Shown: positions 43,144 to 53,894 of the stretch, piece by piece | Numbering within the stretch: the first letter of the stretch is position 1 | Layout of the letters: every line of letters starts with the position of its first letter | NCBI GenBank assembly: GCA_963777945.1 | Contig: CAVZSN010000011.1 | Span: forward strand, 164,303 to 228,302 | Source: an uncultured Actinomycetota bacterium | Lineage (GTDB): Bacteria; Actinomycetota; Thermoleophilia; RBG-16-64-13 | Length of the DNA: 64,000 bases | Direction of reading: 5' to 3' | Notes under the pieces: model-generated | Told to the model about the DNA's origin: nothing | The model's database searches: none | What the model saw: the letters and a program-made list of their open reading frames with translations, nothing else | Program-made: the position numbers and the translations under genes

Positions 43144-45780
43144 ATGGCTGCGGGGAACGGTGGTCCCGGAAGTGGGCCCGGGGATGAGTATTCCCTCCCA
43201 CAGAACGTCGATGCCGAGTTATCGGTGTTGGGGGCGAGCATGCTCACTCCCAACGTCATCCCCGCCGTCAGCGAGATCATGCGGCCGCACTACTTCTATC
43301 GCCAGGCGCATCAGCGCATCTTCGAGGCGATCGAGGACCTCTTCTCTCGAGGCGAACCGGTCGATCCCATCACCGTCTCGGAGGAACTGGCCAACCGAGC
43401 CAGCCTCGAGGGGGTCGGCGGGAGGGCCTATATCCACAGCCTGGTCACGGCCGTCCCTGCCGCCACCAACGCTCGCTACTACGCGGAGATCGTTCGTGAG
43501 AACTACTTCTTGCGGTCCCTCATCAAGGTGGGGGGCGAGATCACCGAGATGGGCTACCGACGCGAGCAGCCGCCCGTCGATCTCATCGACCGCGCGGAGC
43601 AGATGGTGTTCGAGATCTCGCAGACCCGGGTGTCCGGCGAGTTCGAGCCCATAGGCGAGCTCATCAGCGAGAGCTTCTCCGAGTTGGAGCGGACCATGTC
43701 CGAGGGGCACCACACCGTGGGGTGCGAGACGGGCTTTCGGGACGTGGACGGACTCATCAGCGGTTTCCAGCCCTCCAACCTGATCATCCTGGCGGCTCGG
43801 CCTTCAATGGGCAAGACCGCGTTCGCGCTCAACATCGCCCGCAACATCGCGGTCGACCAGAGCAAGGGGGTGGCCATCTTCAGCCTGGAGATGTCCAAGA
43901 TGGAGGTGGTCAACCGCATGATGTGCTCGGAAGCGCGCGTGGACAGCTGGCGCGTACGTCGGGGCATGCTGCAGCCCGCGGAGTGGAGCCGGCTGGCGGC
44001 CGCCTGCACCCCGTTGCACACCGCCCCCATCTTCATCGACGACAGCGCGTCGCTGAACCTCATGGAGATCCGGGCCAAAGCGCGGCGACTCCGGGCCAAA
44101 GAGAAGAACCTCGGTCTCATCATCGTCGACTATCTGCAGCTGATGATGGGCGACACCGGCGTCGAGAACCGGCAGCAGGAGATCTCGCGCATATCGCGGG
44201 GGCTGAAGATCCTGGCCCGAGAGCTGGAAGTACCGGTACTGGCGCTGTCGCAGCTATCGCGGCAGGTGGAGCAGCGGGCCGGCAACAAGCCGGTGCTGTC
44301 GGATCTGAGGGAGTGCGTCACCGGTGACACCCTCGTGTGCCTGGCAGATGGCTCTCGTGTGCCGGTTCGGGAGCTCGTGGGACAGGAGCCGGATGTTGTC
44401 GCGGTCGGCGCCGACAGGCGGCTCACCGAAGCGAGGGCCGACCTTGTGTGGTCGGTCGGGACGAGGCCGGTGTATGAGGTGGTGACCGCAAGTGGCCGGC
44501 GTCTGCGGGCGACCGCCGAGCATCGCCTGCTGGGCGCTGAAGGCTGGACCGAAGTCGGGCGCCTGGGGCCTGGCGCGAGGCTGGCCATCGCTCGACGCCT
44601 TCCCGAGCCTGCGGTGACCGAGCGGTGGTCCGATGGGCAGGCTGCGTTGCTCGGACAGCTTATTGGCGACGGCAGCTATCTCTCTGGACAGCCCATGCGC
44701 TACACGAGCGGATCCCTCGAGAACGCCGAGCTGGTCTCCCAGGTTGCGGAGGACGAATTCGGCGCCGAGGTGAAGTGGTACCGGGGACGAGGCAACTGGT
44801 TTCAGCTGGTCTTGTCTGGCAACGGTAATCGCTGGCATCCGGCCGGCATCAACCACTGGCTGCGCCAGCTCGGCGTGTTTGGCCAGCGCTCACACGAGAA
44901 GCGCATCCCCTCAGCAGCCTTCCGCCTGGATGATCGCCAAGTGGCCATTCTCCTGCGTCACCTTTGGGCGACGGACGGCACGATCAGTCTCCGCAAGAAC
45001 GGCGACGCTGGCTCGACCCGAGTGGCCTTCGCGACAGCCAGTCGAGCTTTGGCCGAGGACGTCTCGGCGCTGCTGTTACGGTTGGGCATCGTGGCACGAC
45101 TGAGAGAAGTCCGGCAGGCAGGATCGCGCGGGTGGTTCACCATAGATGTCTCGGGGCGGGAATCACAACTCCGCTTCATCGAGCAGATCGGCGGCTTCGG
45201 CCCACGTGCGCTCGCAGCAGAGAGATTGCGGGTCGAGCTACAGGAGACGCGCGGGAATACCAACGTCGACACCCTTCCTCGAGAGGTCTTCTCGCGAGTC
45301 AAGGAGACTATGGGGGAACGTGGCATTTCGCGCAGGTCCATGGCGGCGCTTCGCGGGACATCGTATGGAGGGGCCGCCCACTTTAGCTTTGCTCCTTCAA
45401 GAGCCGTAGCCCTCGAGTATGCTGAGCTCCTGGACGACGACGCCCTCCGCGCCGAGGCCACGAGTGATCTCTTCTGGGACACGGTGGTAGAGGTGCGGCC
45501 GGCCGGTGCGGAGGAGGTCTTCGATCTCACCGTCCCCGGGCCCTCCTGCTGGCTTGCCGACGGTATCGTTTCTCATAATTCCGGAGCGATCGAGCAGGAC
45601 GCGGACGTGGTGATGTTCATCTACCGGGACGAGGTCTACAACCGCGACAGTCCCGACAAGGGGACGGCCGAGATCATCGTCGGCAAGCAGCGGAACGGGC
45701 CCATCGGGGAATGCAAGATGGCCTTCATCCAGACCTACACTCGTTTCGCCGACCTGGCCGACAAGCGGTTGACCCCGTAG
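43144..45780 (+). CDS. dnaB: Replicative DNA helicase DnaB containing an intein
   Basis: PQNVDAELSVLG, AARPSMGKTAF, FSLEMS, IIVDYLQLM, LSQLSR, SDLRE-[intein]-SGAIEQDADVV, KQRNGP. Confidence 0.97.
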   Translation: MAAGNGGPGSGPGDEYSLPQNVDAELSVLGASMLTPNVIPAVSEIMRPHYFYRQAHQRIFEAIEDLFSRGEPVDPITVSEELANRASLEGVGGRAYIHSLVTAVPAATNARYYAEIVRENYFLRSLIKVGGEITEMGYRREQPPVDLIDRAEQMVFEISQTRVSGEFEPIGELISESFSELERTMSEGHHTVGCETGFRDVDGLISGFQPSNLIILAARPSMGKTAFALNIARNIAVDQSKGVAIFSLEMSKMEVVNRMMCSEARVDSWRVRRGMLQPAEWSRLAAACTPLHTAPIFIDDSASLNLMEIRAKARRLRAKEKNLGLIIVDYLQLMMGDTGVENRQQEISRISRGLKILARELEVPVLALSQLSRQVEQRAGNKPVLSDLRECVTGDTLVCLADGSRVPVRELVGQEPDVVAVGADRRLTEARADLVWSVGTRPVYEVVTASGRRLRATAEHRLLGAEGWTEVGRLGPGARLAIARRLPEPAVTERWSDGQAALLGQLIGDGSYLSGQPMRYTSGSLENAELVSQVAEDEFGAEVKWYRGRGNWFQLVLSGNGNRWHPAGINHWLRQLGVFGQRSHEKRIPSAAFRLDDRQVAILLRHLWATDGTISLRKNGDAGSTRVAFATASRALAEDVSALLLRLGIVARLREVRQAGSRGWFTIDVSGRESQLRFIEQIGGFGPRALAAERLRVELQETRGNTNVDTLPREVFSRVKETMGERGISRRSMAALRGTSYGGAAHFSFAPSRAVALEYAELLDDDALRAEATSDLFWDTVVEVRPAGAEEVFDLTVPGPSCWLADGIVSHNSGAIEQDADVVMFIYRDEVYNRDSPDKGTAEIIVGKQRNGPIGECKMAFIQTYTRFADLADKRLTP
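44314..45579 (+). mobile_element. Intein (422 aa) with LAGLIDADG homing endonuclease domain
   Basis: Cys1 (CVTGDT), block B (TAEHR), endonuclease motifs LLGQLIGDGS and LLRHLWATDG, block F (VFDLTV), terminal SHN, +1 Ser. Confidence 0.95.
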
Positions 45781-45834
45781 GCTCACCACGGAGTGGGCCT
45801 CATCGCGCCGAGTCATGACAACGCGGAGATATCG

Positions 45835-47502
45835 ATGACGAGCGCCAACACGTATGACGTGATCATCGTGGGCGGAGGGCCGGCCGGCATCTTCGCCGCA
45901 CTCGAGCTGGCGGCGAAGCCGGGACTGCGCGTGCTGCTGCTGGAGAAGGGCGCCGACATCTCCGAGCGGCGCTGCCCCGCCCGCGACACCGGCTCCTGCG
46001 CGCACTGCCCCACCTGCGACATCACCACGGGCTGGGGAGGCGCGGGCGCCTTCTCCGACGGCAAGCTGACGCTGGGCCCCGAAGTCGGCGGCTGGCTGGG
46101 CGAATACGTCGATGCCGACGGGCATGCTGCAGCTCATCGCCGACGTGGACGGCATCTACCGGCGGTTCGGCGCGCCCGACCGGCTCTACGGCGACGAGGG
46201 CGACCGCTACGATCACTGGGCCGACCTGGCCGCCCGGCAGGGGCTACGCCTGGTGCGCTCGCCGGTGCGGCATCTGGGGACCGAGCGTGCGGCCGAGGTA
46301 CTCGCCGCCATGCGGGCCGAACTCGAAGACAAGGTCGAGATCCACACCCATACCGCGGTCGCCGAGGTACTCACGGAGGGCGGCTCGACGCCGCGCAGGA
46401 GGACCGGGCGGCAGTCGCCGGTCACGTCGCAGGCAAGCCCCACTCCGCGACCCGCGATCACGGCCACGCCGATGGCACGCGTGAAGAACTGGGGCGGGTC
46501 ATCGGGGTCAGCACCACCGACGGAACGACCTACGAGAGCCCCGTGGTGATCCTGGCTCCCGGACGCGAGGGCTCGGCGTGGCTCACCGGCGAGGCCGGCC
46601 GGCTGGGCATCGGTCTGGTGAGCAACGCCGTGGACATCGGGGTGCGGGTGGAGGTGCCGGCGGTGGTCACCGACGTCATCACCGACGAGCTCTACGAGCC
46701 CAAGCTGCTCTACACGTCGCGCCACTTCGAGGACCAGGTGCGGACGTTCTGCATGAACCCGCGGGGCGTGGTCTGCACCGAGTGCTGGGGCGACGCGGTG
46801 ACGGTCAACGGGCACAGCTACGCCAACTCCGAGCGCAAGACCGCGAACACCAACTTCGCGCTGCTGGTGTCCACGCGGTTCACGGTGCCGTTCAAGGAGC
46901 CCATCGCCTACGGCAAGTCCGTCGCCCGGCTGGCCAACATGCTGGGCAGAGACATCCTGGTGCAGCGGCTGGGCGACCTGCGGGCCGGGCATCGCACCAC
47001 GCCCGAGAGGCTGCGGCGCAGCGTGGTGCAACCGACGCTGCGCGCCGCCACGCCCGGCGACCTCAGCTTCGCTCTGCCGTACCGGCACCTGCGCGACCTG
47101 GTGGACATGCTCGACGCTATGGACGCGCTGCTGCCCGGGGTGGGCGGCCGGGACACGCTGCTCTACGGGGTGGAGGTGAAGTTCTACTCGTCGCGGCTGA
47201 CGCTCGGGCCCGATCTGCAGACGCCGGTCGAGGGGCTCTATGCCGTCGGCGACGGCGCCGGCGTCACGCGCGGGCTGGTGCAGGCGTCGGCCTCGGGGCT
47301 GGTGGCGGCGCGAGCGGCTGCGGCGCGGCGTGCGCCGCGCAGTGCGGCGGCCGCGGCGCCGCACGGCGCTGCGCACGGGCGCGCGTCAGGCGCCCGGCGC
47401 CTGCGTGTAAACTTCAGCGCGGGACAGCGGAAGACGGCGGCGGCGCGAAGGCGTCGGCGCGCGGCATGTCGGCCGCGGCATGCGCGGCAAGCGAAGTCAT
47501 GA
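45835..47502 (+). CDS. FAD-dependent oxidoreductase (COG2509-like), frameshifted; 3' end uncertain
   Basis: YDVIIVGGGPAG, GWGGAGAFSDGKL, DIGVRVE, VRTFCMNP, VNGHS, NTNFALLV, YGVEVKFYS, GDGAGVTRGL. Confidence 0.85.
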   Translation: MTSANTYDVIIVGGGPAGIFAALELAAKPGLRVLLLEKGADISERRCPARDTGSCAHCPTCDITTGWGGAGAFSDGKLTLGPEVGGWLGEYVDADGHAAAHRRRGRHLPAVRRARPALRRRGRPLRSLGRPGRPAGATPGALAGAASGDRACGRGTRRHAGRTRRQGRDPHPYRGRRGTHGGRLDAAQEDRAAVAGHVAGKPHSATRDHGHADGTREELGRVIGVSTTDGTTYESPVVILAPGREGSAWLTGEAGRLGIGLVSNAVDIGVRVEVPAVVTDVITDELYEPKLLYTSRHFEDQVRTFCMNPRGVVCTECWGDAVTVNGHSYANSERKTANTNFALLVSTRFTVPFKEPIAYGKSVARLANMLGRDILVQRLGDLRAGHRTTPERLRRSVVQPTLRAATPGDLSFALPYRHLRDLVDMLDAMDALLPGVGGRDTLLYGVEVKFYSSRLTLGPDLQTPVEGLYAVGDGAGVTRGLVQASASGLVAARAAAARRAPRSAAAAAPHGAAHGRASGARRLRVNFSAGQRKTAAARRRRRAACRPRHARQAKS

Positions 47503-47506
47503 CTGA

Positions 47507-48864
<1,358 letters not shown>

Positions 48865-48875
48865 AGGAGAGCGCC

Positions 48876-50183
48876 ATGGCTTCTGACCGGCGGCTGGACG
48901 TTCTGGTGGTCGGCGGAGGCGCCAGGGAACACGCCCTCGTCCGCAGTCTGGCGCAAGAGCCCGCAGATCGGCCGGCTGATCTGCGCCCCGGGAACGCCGG
49001 CATCCAGGGGGACGCCGACGACCGTGGCCATCTCTGCCGAGGACATCCCCGCTCTGGTGGCGTTCGTCGAGCGGGAGAGGTTCGACCTCACCGTGGTGGG
49101 GCCCGAGGCACCGCTGGTGGCCGGTCTGGCCGACCAGCTGCGCGACCGGGGCTTCGTGGTGTTCGGGCCCGGGGCGGACGGCGCGCGGCTGGAGGGATCG
49201 AAGGCGTTCGCCAAGCAGATCATGGAAGCGGCCGGGGTGCCCACCGGACGGGCGGCCACCTTCACCGATCACGAGCCGGCGCTGGCCTATTTGCGCGAGC
49301 ACGGAGCACCGGTGGTGGTGAAGGCCGACGGTCTGGCCGCCGGCAAGGGCGTGATCGTGGCGCACGACCCTGGAGGAGGCCGAGGCGGCGCTGGCGGAGT
49401 GCTTCGTCGAACGGCGCTTCGGCGATGCCGCTGACATCGTCCTCATCGAGGAGTTCCTGGAGGGCGAGGAGGTCTCGCTTCTCTCCATCGTGAGCGGGGA
49501 GCAGATCCTTCCGCTGGCCCCGGCCCAGGACTACAAGCGGGCCCTGGACGGAGACGCGGGACCCAACACCGGCGGCATGGGGTCGTACTCCCCGGTGCCC
49601 GCGGTCGACGCGGCCTTCTACGAGCGGCTGGTCGATCTGGTCGTCCGGCCTACCGTGGCCGAACTCGCCCGCCGGGGGATCGACTTCCGTGGCGTGCTCT
49701 ACGCAGGGCTCATGCTGACCCCGAGCGGACCGAAGGTGCTCGAGTTCAACTGCCGGTTCGGGGATCCGGAGACACAGGCGCTGCTTCCGCGGCTGGAGAG
49801 CGATCTGCTCGAGCTGCTGTGGGCCGCAGCGAACGGCGGACCGGTTGCCGCCCGCCGCCGAATGGCGGCCGGGGGCGGCGGTGGGAGTGGTCCTGGCGTC
49901 GCGCGGCTACCCGGCGTCCGCGTCCAAGGGCGATGTGATCCACGGGCTGGAGCATGCTCGGGCGCTGGCCGACGTGGAAGTGTTCCACGCCGCCACCAGG
50001 GCTACCGATGCGGGCGTCGTCACCGCCGGGGGCAGGGTACTCACAGTAACCGGCCTGGGCGACACGTTTGCCGAGGCCCGGGCTCGGGCCTATGCGGGCG
50101 TGGCGCAGATCGGTTTCGAGGGAGAGCAGCACCGTTCGGACATCGCTCTGCGCGCGGAGAAGTGGGAAGCACGCGGCGCATGA
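48876..50183 (+). CDS. purD: Phosphoribosylamine-glycine ligase (frameshifted)
   Basis: GGGAREHAL, VGPEAPLVAG, LEGSKAFAK, KADGLAAGKGV, QDYKR, GPNTGGMGSYSP, EFNCRFGDPE, AGGRVL. Confidence 0.95.
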
Positions 50184-50222
50184 CGGCAGCCGCAGGGTGT
50201 TCTGACCTAGAAAGGGAGTCAA

Positions 50223-50756
50223 ATGGCGACTAACGCGTTGGTAGGGATCGTCATGGGATCCCAGTCCGACTCCGAGGTGATGGAAGTGGCAGCCAAGGAG
50301 TTGGAGACGCTCGGCATCCCCTACGAGATCAACGTCATCTCCGCGCACCGCGATCCTGAGGGGATCCGGGAATACTCGCTGACCGCTGCCTCGCGTGGGC
50401 TGAAGGTCGTCATCGCGGGCGCCGGCAAGGCGGCCGCGCTCCCCGGTGTGGTGGCCTCGATGACCGATCTGCCCGTGATAGGGGTGCCCATCCGCACCTC
50501 CGATCTGGGCGGCTTGGACTCGCTCCTTTCCATCGTGCAGATGCCCCCGGGCGTCCCCGTCGCCACCGTCGCCATCAACGGCGCCCGTAACGCGGCCATA
50601 CTGGCCGCCAAGATCCTGCGCGTGGCGGGGATCACGGGCGCGGCCGCGGGCAACGCCGCCGGCCCGGCGCGGGCGGGCGGCGTCCTTCCCGACACTGCAC
50701 CGGGACCCGCGGCCGCCGCGGCGGGCCCCGCCGGCGCCGAAGGCGGCGCGCGATGA
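50223..50756 (+). CDS. purE: N5-CAIR mutase / AIR carboxylase
   Basis: [41 protein letters not shown]. Confidence 0.97.
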   Translation: MATNALVGIVMGSQSDSEVMEVAAKELETLGIPYEINVISAHRDPEGIREYSLTAASRGLKVVIAGAGKAAALPGVVASMTDLPVIGVPIRTSDLGGLDSLLSIVQMPPGVPVATVAINGARNAAILAAKILRVAGITGAAAGNAAGPARAGGVLPDTAPGPAAAAAGPAGAEGGAR

Positions 50757-52054
50757 TCCCGCGCTACTCCACCCCGGAGATGGCGGCAATCTGGACCGAC
50801 GACGCCCGCATGGCGGCCTGGCTCCAAGTGGAGCTGGCGGTCTGCGAGGCCTGGACCCGGATCGGTCGCATCCCCGAAGGCGCGATGGTGGAGATCAGAG
50901 ACAAGGCGACCTTCGACGTGGACCGCGTGAACGAGATCGAGCAGGCCACCCAGCATGACGTCATCGCCTTCGTGAGCTGCGTCGCTGAGAACGTGGGGGA
51001 TGCCTCCAAGCACATCCATTACGGCCTCACCTCCTCCGACGTGCTCGACACCGGACTGGCCCTGCAACTGCGGTCGGCGGGGGCCCTGCTCGAGGAAGAG
51101 ACGCGTAAGCTGGGCAAGATCCTTCAGCGCCGGGCCCTCGAGCATCGCGACACGGTGATGATCGGCCGCACTCACGGGGTGCACGCTGAACCCATCACCT
51201 TCGGCATGGTGCTCGGCCTGTGGGCCTTCGAAGTCAAGCGCGGGCTGGAGCGTCTCGAACGGGCGGTGCAGCAGGTCTCCGTCGGCAAGATCTCCGGGGC
51301 TGTGGGCAGCTACGCCAATGTGGACCCCCAGGTGGAGCAGATAGCCATGTCCATCCTCGGCCTGGGCGTCGCCCCCATCTCCACGCAGATCGTGCAACGC
51401 GACCGGCACGCCGAGTTCATGTCGGCCCTGGCGCTGCTTGCGGGCACCATCGAGAAGATCGCCCTGCAGGTCCGCCACTACCAGCGCACCGAGGTCCTCG
51501 AAGCCGAGGAGTACTTCGCTCCTGGACAGAAGGGCTCGTCGGCCATGCCCCACAAGCGTAACCCCATCATCTCCGAGCGCCTCTGCGGCCAGGCCCGGAT
51601 CATCCGGGGGAATCTCCTTGTAGCACTCGAGAACGTGGCCCTCTGGCACGAGCGCGACATCAGCCATTCGAGCGCTGAGCGGGTCATCTTCCCCGATAGC
51701 ACGATCCTTCTTCACTACATGCTCAAGAAGGCCTGTTGGCTGGTGGACAAGCTCAATGTCTACCCGGAGAACATGGCCGCCAACCTGGAGAAGAGCTACG
51801 GCCTGGTCTACAGTCAGCGCGTGCTGCTTGCTCTCACCGAGGCCGGGATGCTCCGCGACGACGCCTACAAGGTCGTGCAGCGTAGCGCCATGAAGGCTTG
51901 GGAGGACAAGACCCAGTTCCGCGACCTGCTCAAGGCCGATCCGGAGGTCGCCGACCGGCTCTCGGCCAACGAGCTCGAGGCCCTGTTCGACCCCAGCCAC
52001 GCGCTGCGCCACATGGGAGTCATCTTCGACAGGGTGGCCGCCCTCGAGTGGTAG
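50753..52054 (+). CDS. purB: Adenylosuccinate lyase
   Basis: [55 protein letters not shown]. Confidence 0.97.
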   Translation: MIPRYSTPEMAAIWTDDARMAAWLQVELAVCEAWTRIGRIPEGAMVEIRDKATFDVDRVNEIEQATQHDVIAFVSCVAENVGDASKHIHYGLTSSDVLDTGLALQLRSAGALLEEETRKLGKILQRRALEHRDTVMIGRTHGVHAEPITFGMVLGLWAFEVKRGLERLERAVQQVSVGKISGAVGSYANVDPQVEQIAMSILGLGVAPISTQIVQRDRHAEFMSALALLAGTIEKIALQVRHYQRTEVLEAEEYFAPGQKGSSAMPHKRNPIISERLCGQARIIRGNLLVALENVALWHERDISHSSAERVIFPDSTILLHYMLKKACWLVDKLNVYPENMAANLEKSYGLVYSQRVLLALTEAGMLRDDAYKVVQRSAMKAWEDKTQFRDLLKADPEVADRLSANELEALFDPSHALRHMGVIFDRVAALEW

Positions 52055-52491
52055 GCGGGTTCACCATCAGGCAGGCCTGTAGTCGGGACGTCGCAGCGAT
52101 CGCCCGACTCTCCGGCCAGCTCGGCTATCCGGCGGACGAGGAATCCGTCCGCACGCGACTCCGCGCCCTCGAGGAAGACTCGTTGCACGCGGTCCTTGTC
52201 GCCGAGGACGACGACGGGTCGGTGCTGGGCTGGATACACGTGATGCCCAGGGAGCTGCTGTTTTCGTCGGGCGTCGCAGAGCTGGGAGGACTCGTGGTCG
52301 ACGAAGGAGGGCGACGGAAGGGCGTCGGCGCCGCTCTGGTGGCCCACGCCGAAGACTGGGCGCGTCGCAACGGATGCCACGAACTGGTCGTGAGGAGCGA
52401 TACGAGGCGCTCCGAGTCTCACACGTTCTATCCGGCGGTGGGGTTCGAGCACTCCAAGGACCAGAGGACGTACCGCAAGTCTTTGTCGTGA
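52048..52491 (+). CDS. GNAT-family acetyltransferase inside the pur operon
   Basis: IARLSGQLGYP, LVVDEGGRRKGVGAAL, FYPAVGF; GTG overlaps the purB 3' end. Confidence 0.85.
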   Translation: MVGGFTIRQACSRDVAAIARLSGQLGYPADEESVRTRLRALEEDSLHAVLVAEDDDGSVLGWIHVMPRELLFSSGVAELGGLVVDEGGRRKGVGAALVAHAEDWARRNGCHELVVRSDTRRSESHTFYPAVGFEHSKDQRTYRKSLS

Positions 52492-52587
52492 CCGGCTGTT
52501 CGCACCTGCTAGAATCAGACCTAGGTTGGTTCCTGCCGGTGGCGCGTCTGGGCGCGGACACTGAGCTACTCGAGGAGGAGAACCGGA

Positions 52588-52842
52588 GTGTTCAAGGTCT
52601 CTGTCTACGTCACCCCCAAGGCCGGAGTCGTCGACCCGCAGGGCGCGGTCATCGAGCGGGCGTTGCCGGCGCTAGGTCATTCCGGCGCGGCGAACATCCG
52701 GGTGGGTCGGTACATCACTCTGGAGGTCCCGGGGAGCGATCCTGAGAAGGTGAGGAGCGATGTGGACGATATGTGTCGCAGGCTCCTGGCCAATCCCATC
52801 ATCGAGGACTACCGCTTCGAGCTGGAGCTCGATCAACGATGA
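52588..52842 (+). CDS. purS: FGAM synthase subunit PurS
   Basis: VTPKAGVVDPQG, VRVG-like IRVGRYITL, MCRRLLANPIIEDY. Confidence 0.95.
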   Translation: MFKVSVYVTPKAGVVDPQGAVIERALPALGHSGAANIRVGRYITLEVPGSDPEKVRSDVDDMCRRLLANPIIEDYRFELELDQR

Positions 52843-52869
52843 AGACGCGGCCGATCGTCGCAGGGGAGG

Positions 52870-53591
52870 ATGCCTGAGGTGACCCAGGGTCCCGTCCGTT
52901 TTGGCATCGTGGTCTTCCCCGGTTCGAACTGCGACTACGATGCAGTCCACGCCTTATCCACCTTCCCCGAGACCGACCCCTACTACCTGTGGCACAAGGA
53001 CCGCGACCTCAAAGGGGCGCATTGCATCGTGCTCCCTGGAGGGTTCTCCTACGGCGACTATCTGCGTACCGGCGCCATCGCCCGCTTCAGCCCCATCATG
53101 CAGGAAGTGGCGGCGTTCGCCGCGGCGGGGGGCCTGGTCATCGGGCATCTGTAACGGTTTCCAGACGCTGACCGAAGCTCACCTGCTGCATGGAGCCCTG
53201 CGCCGCAACCGGGGGCTGCGGTTCATCTGCCATCCTCAGTACCTGCGCGTGGAGCGCACCGACACACCGTTCACCGTCGCGACTCGAGGTGGGGCAGGTG
53301 GTCCAGATCCCGGTGAACCACAACGAGGGCAACTGGACGGCCGGCGCCGAGCGCCTGCAGGAGATCGAGGACGGCGGGCTGGTGGCCTTCCGCTACTGCG
53401 ACGCCGAGGGCGGGGCAACGGACGCAGCCAATCCCAACGGGGCGGTCGACAACGTCGCCGGGATCTTCAGCGAGGGACTGAACGTGCTGGGCATGATGCC
53501 TCACCCCGAGCGGGTATGTGAGGAGATAGTGGGCGGCACCGACGGGCGGGCGATCTTCCAGTCGATGATCGATCACGTCCTGGGAGGATAA
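52870..53591 (+). CDS. purQ: FGAM synthase glutaminase subunit PurQ (frameshifted)
   Basis: [42 protein letters not shown]. Confidence 0.95.
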
Positions 53592-53593
53592 GG

Positions 53594-53881
53594 ATGGCCA
53601 CTCATACTGTCTGCCCGCGCTGCGGAGCGCGTGACTCGTTCATCAAGGGATATCTTCCCGACACCTGCGTGTGCCGAGTGTGCCAGAGCCAGCTCGACTG
53701 GCGCGAGATCCCCGGCTGCGGCCCGGATTGCCAGGCGATGAGAGCGGGAGGCGCTCCGACTGGCGATGACGCCGCCCAGGATGGCGCGGCGTCGAGGGCC
53801 GACGCCGACTCCGCGCCAATGACCGCCGACTCGGGTGACGACTCGGCCTGCGGTCCACTGGCCTCAGGACCCAAGGCGTGA
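53594..53881 (+). CDS. Small Cys-rich hypothetical protein
   Basis: AAGG before ATG; CPRC, CVCRVC, CGPDC, then an acidic Ala-rich tail; fills the gap between purQ and purL. Confidence 0.55.
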   Translation: MATHTVCPRCGARDSFIKGYLPDTCVCRVCQSQLDWREIPGCGPDCQAMRAGGAPTGDDAAQDGAASRADADSAPMTADSGDDSACGPLASGPKA

Positions 53882-53894
53882 GGGCGGAGGAGCG

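Noticed and set aside
52480-52580. ZTP or PRPP riboswitch call
   Set aside because: Only fragments of each consensus match and the required 5' pairing is missing; kept only as a low-ranked candidate leader.
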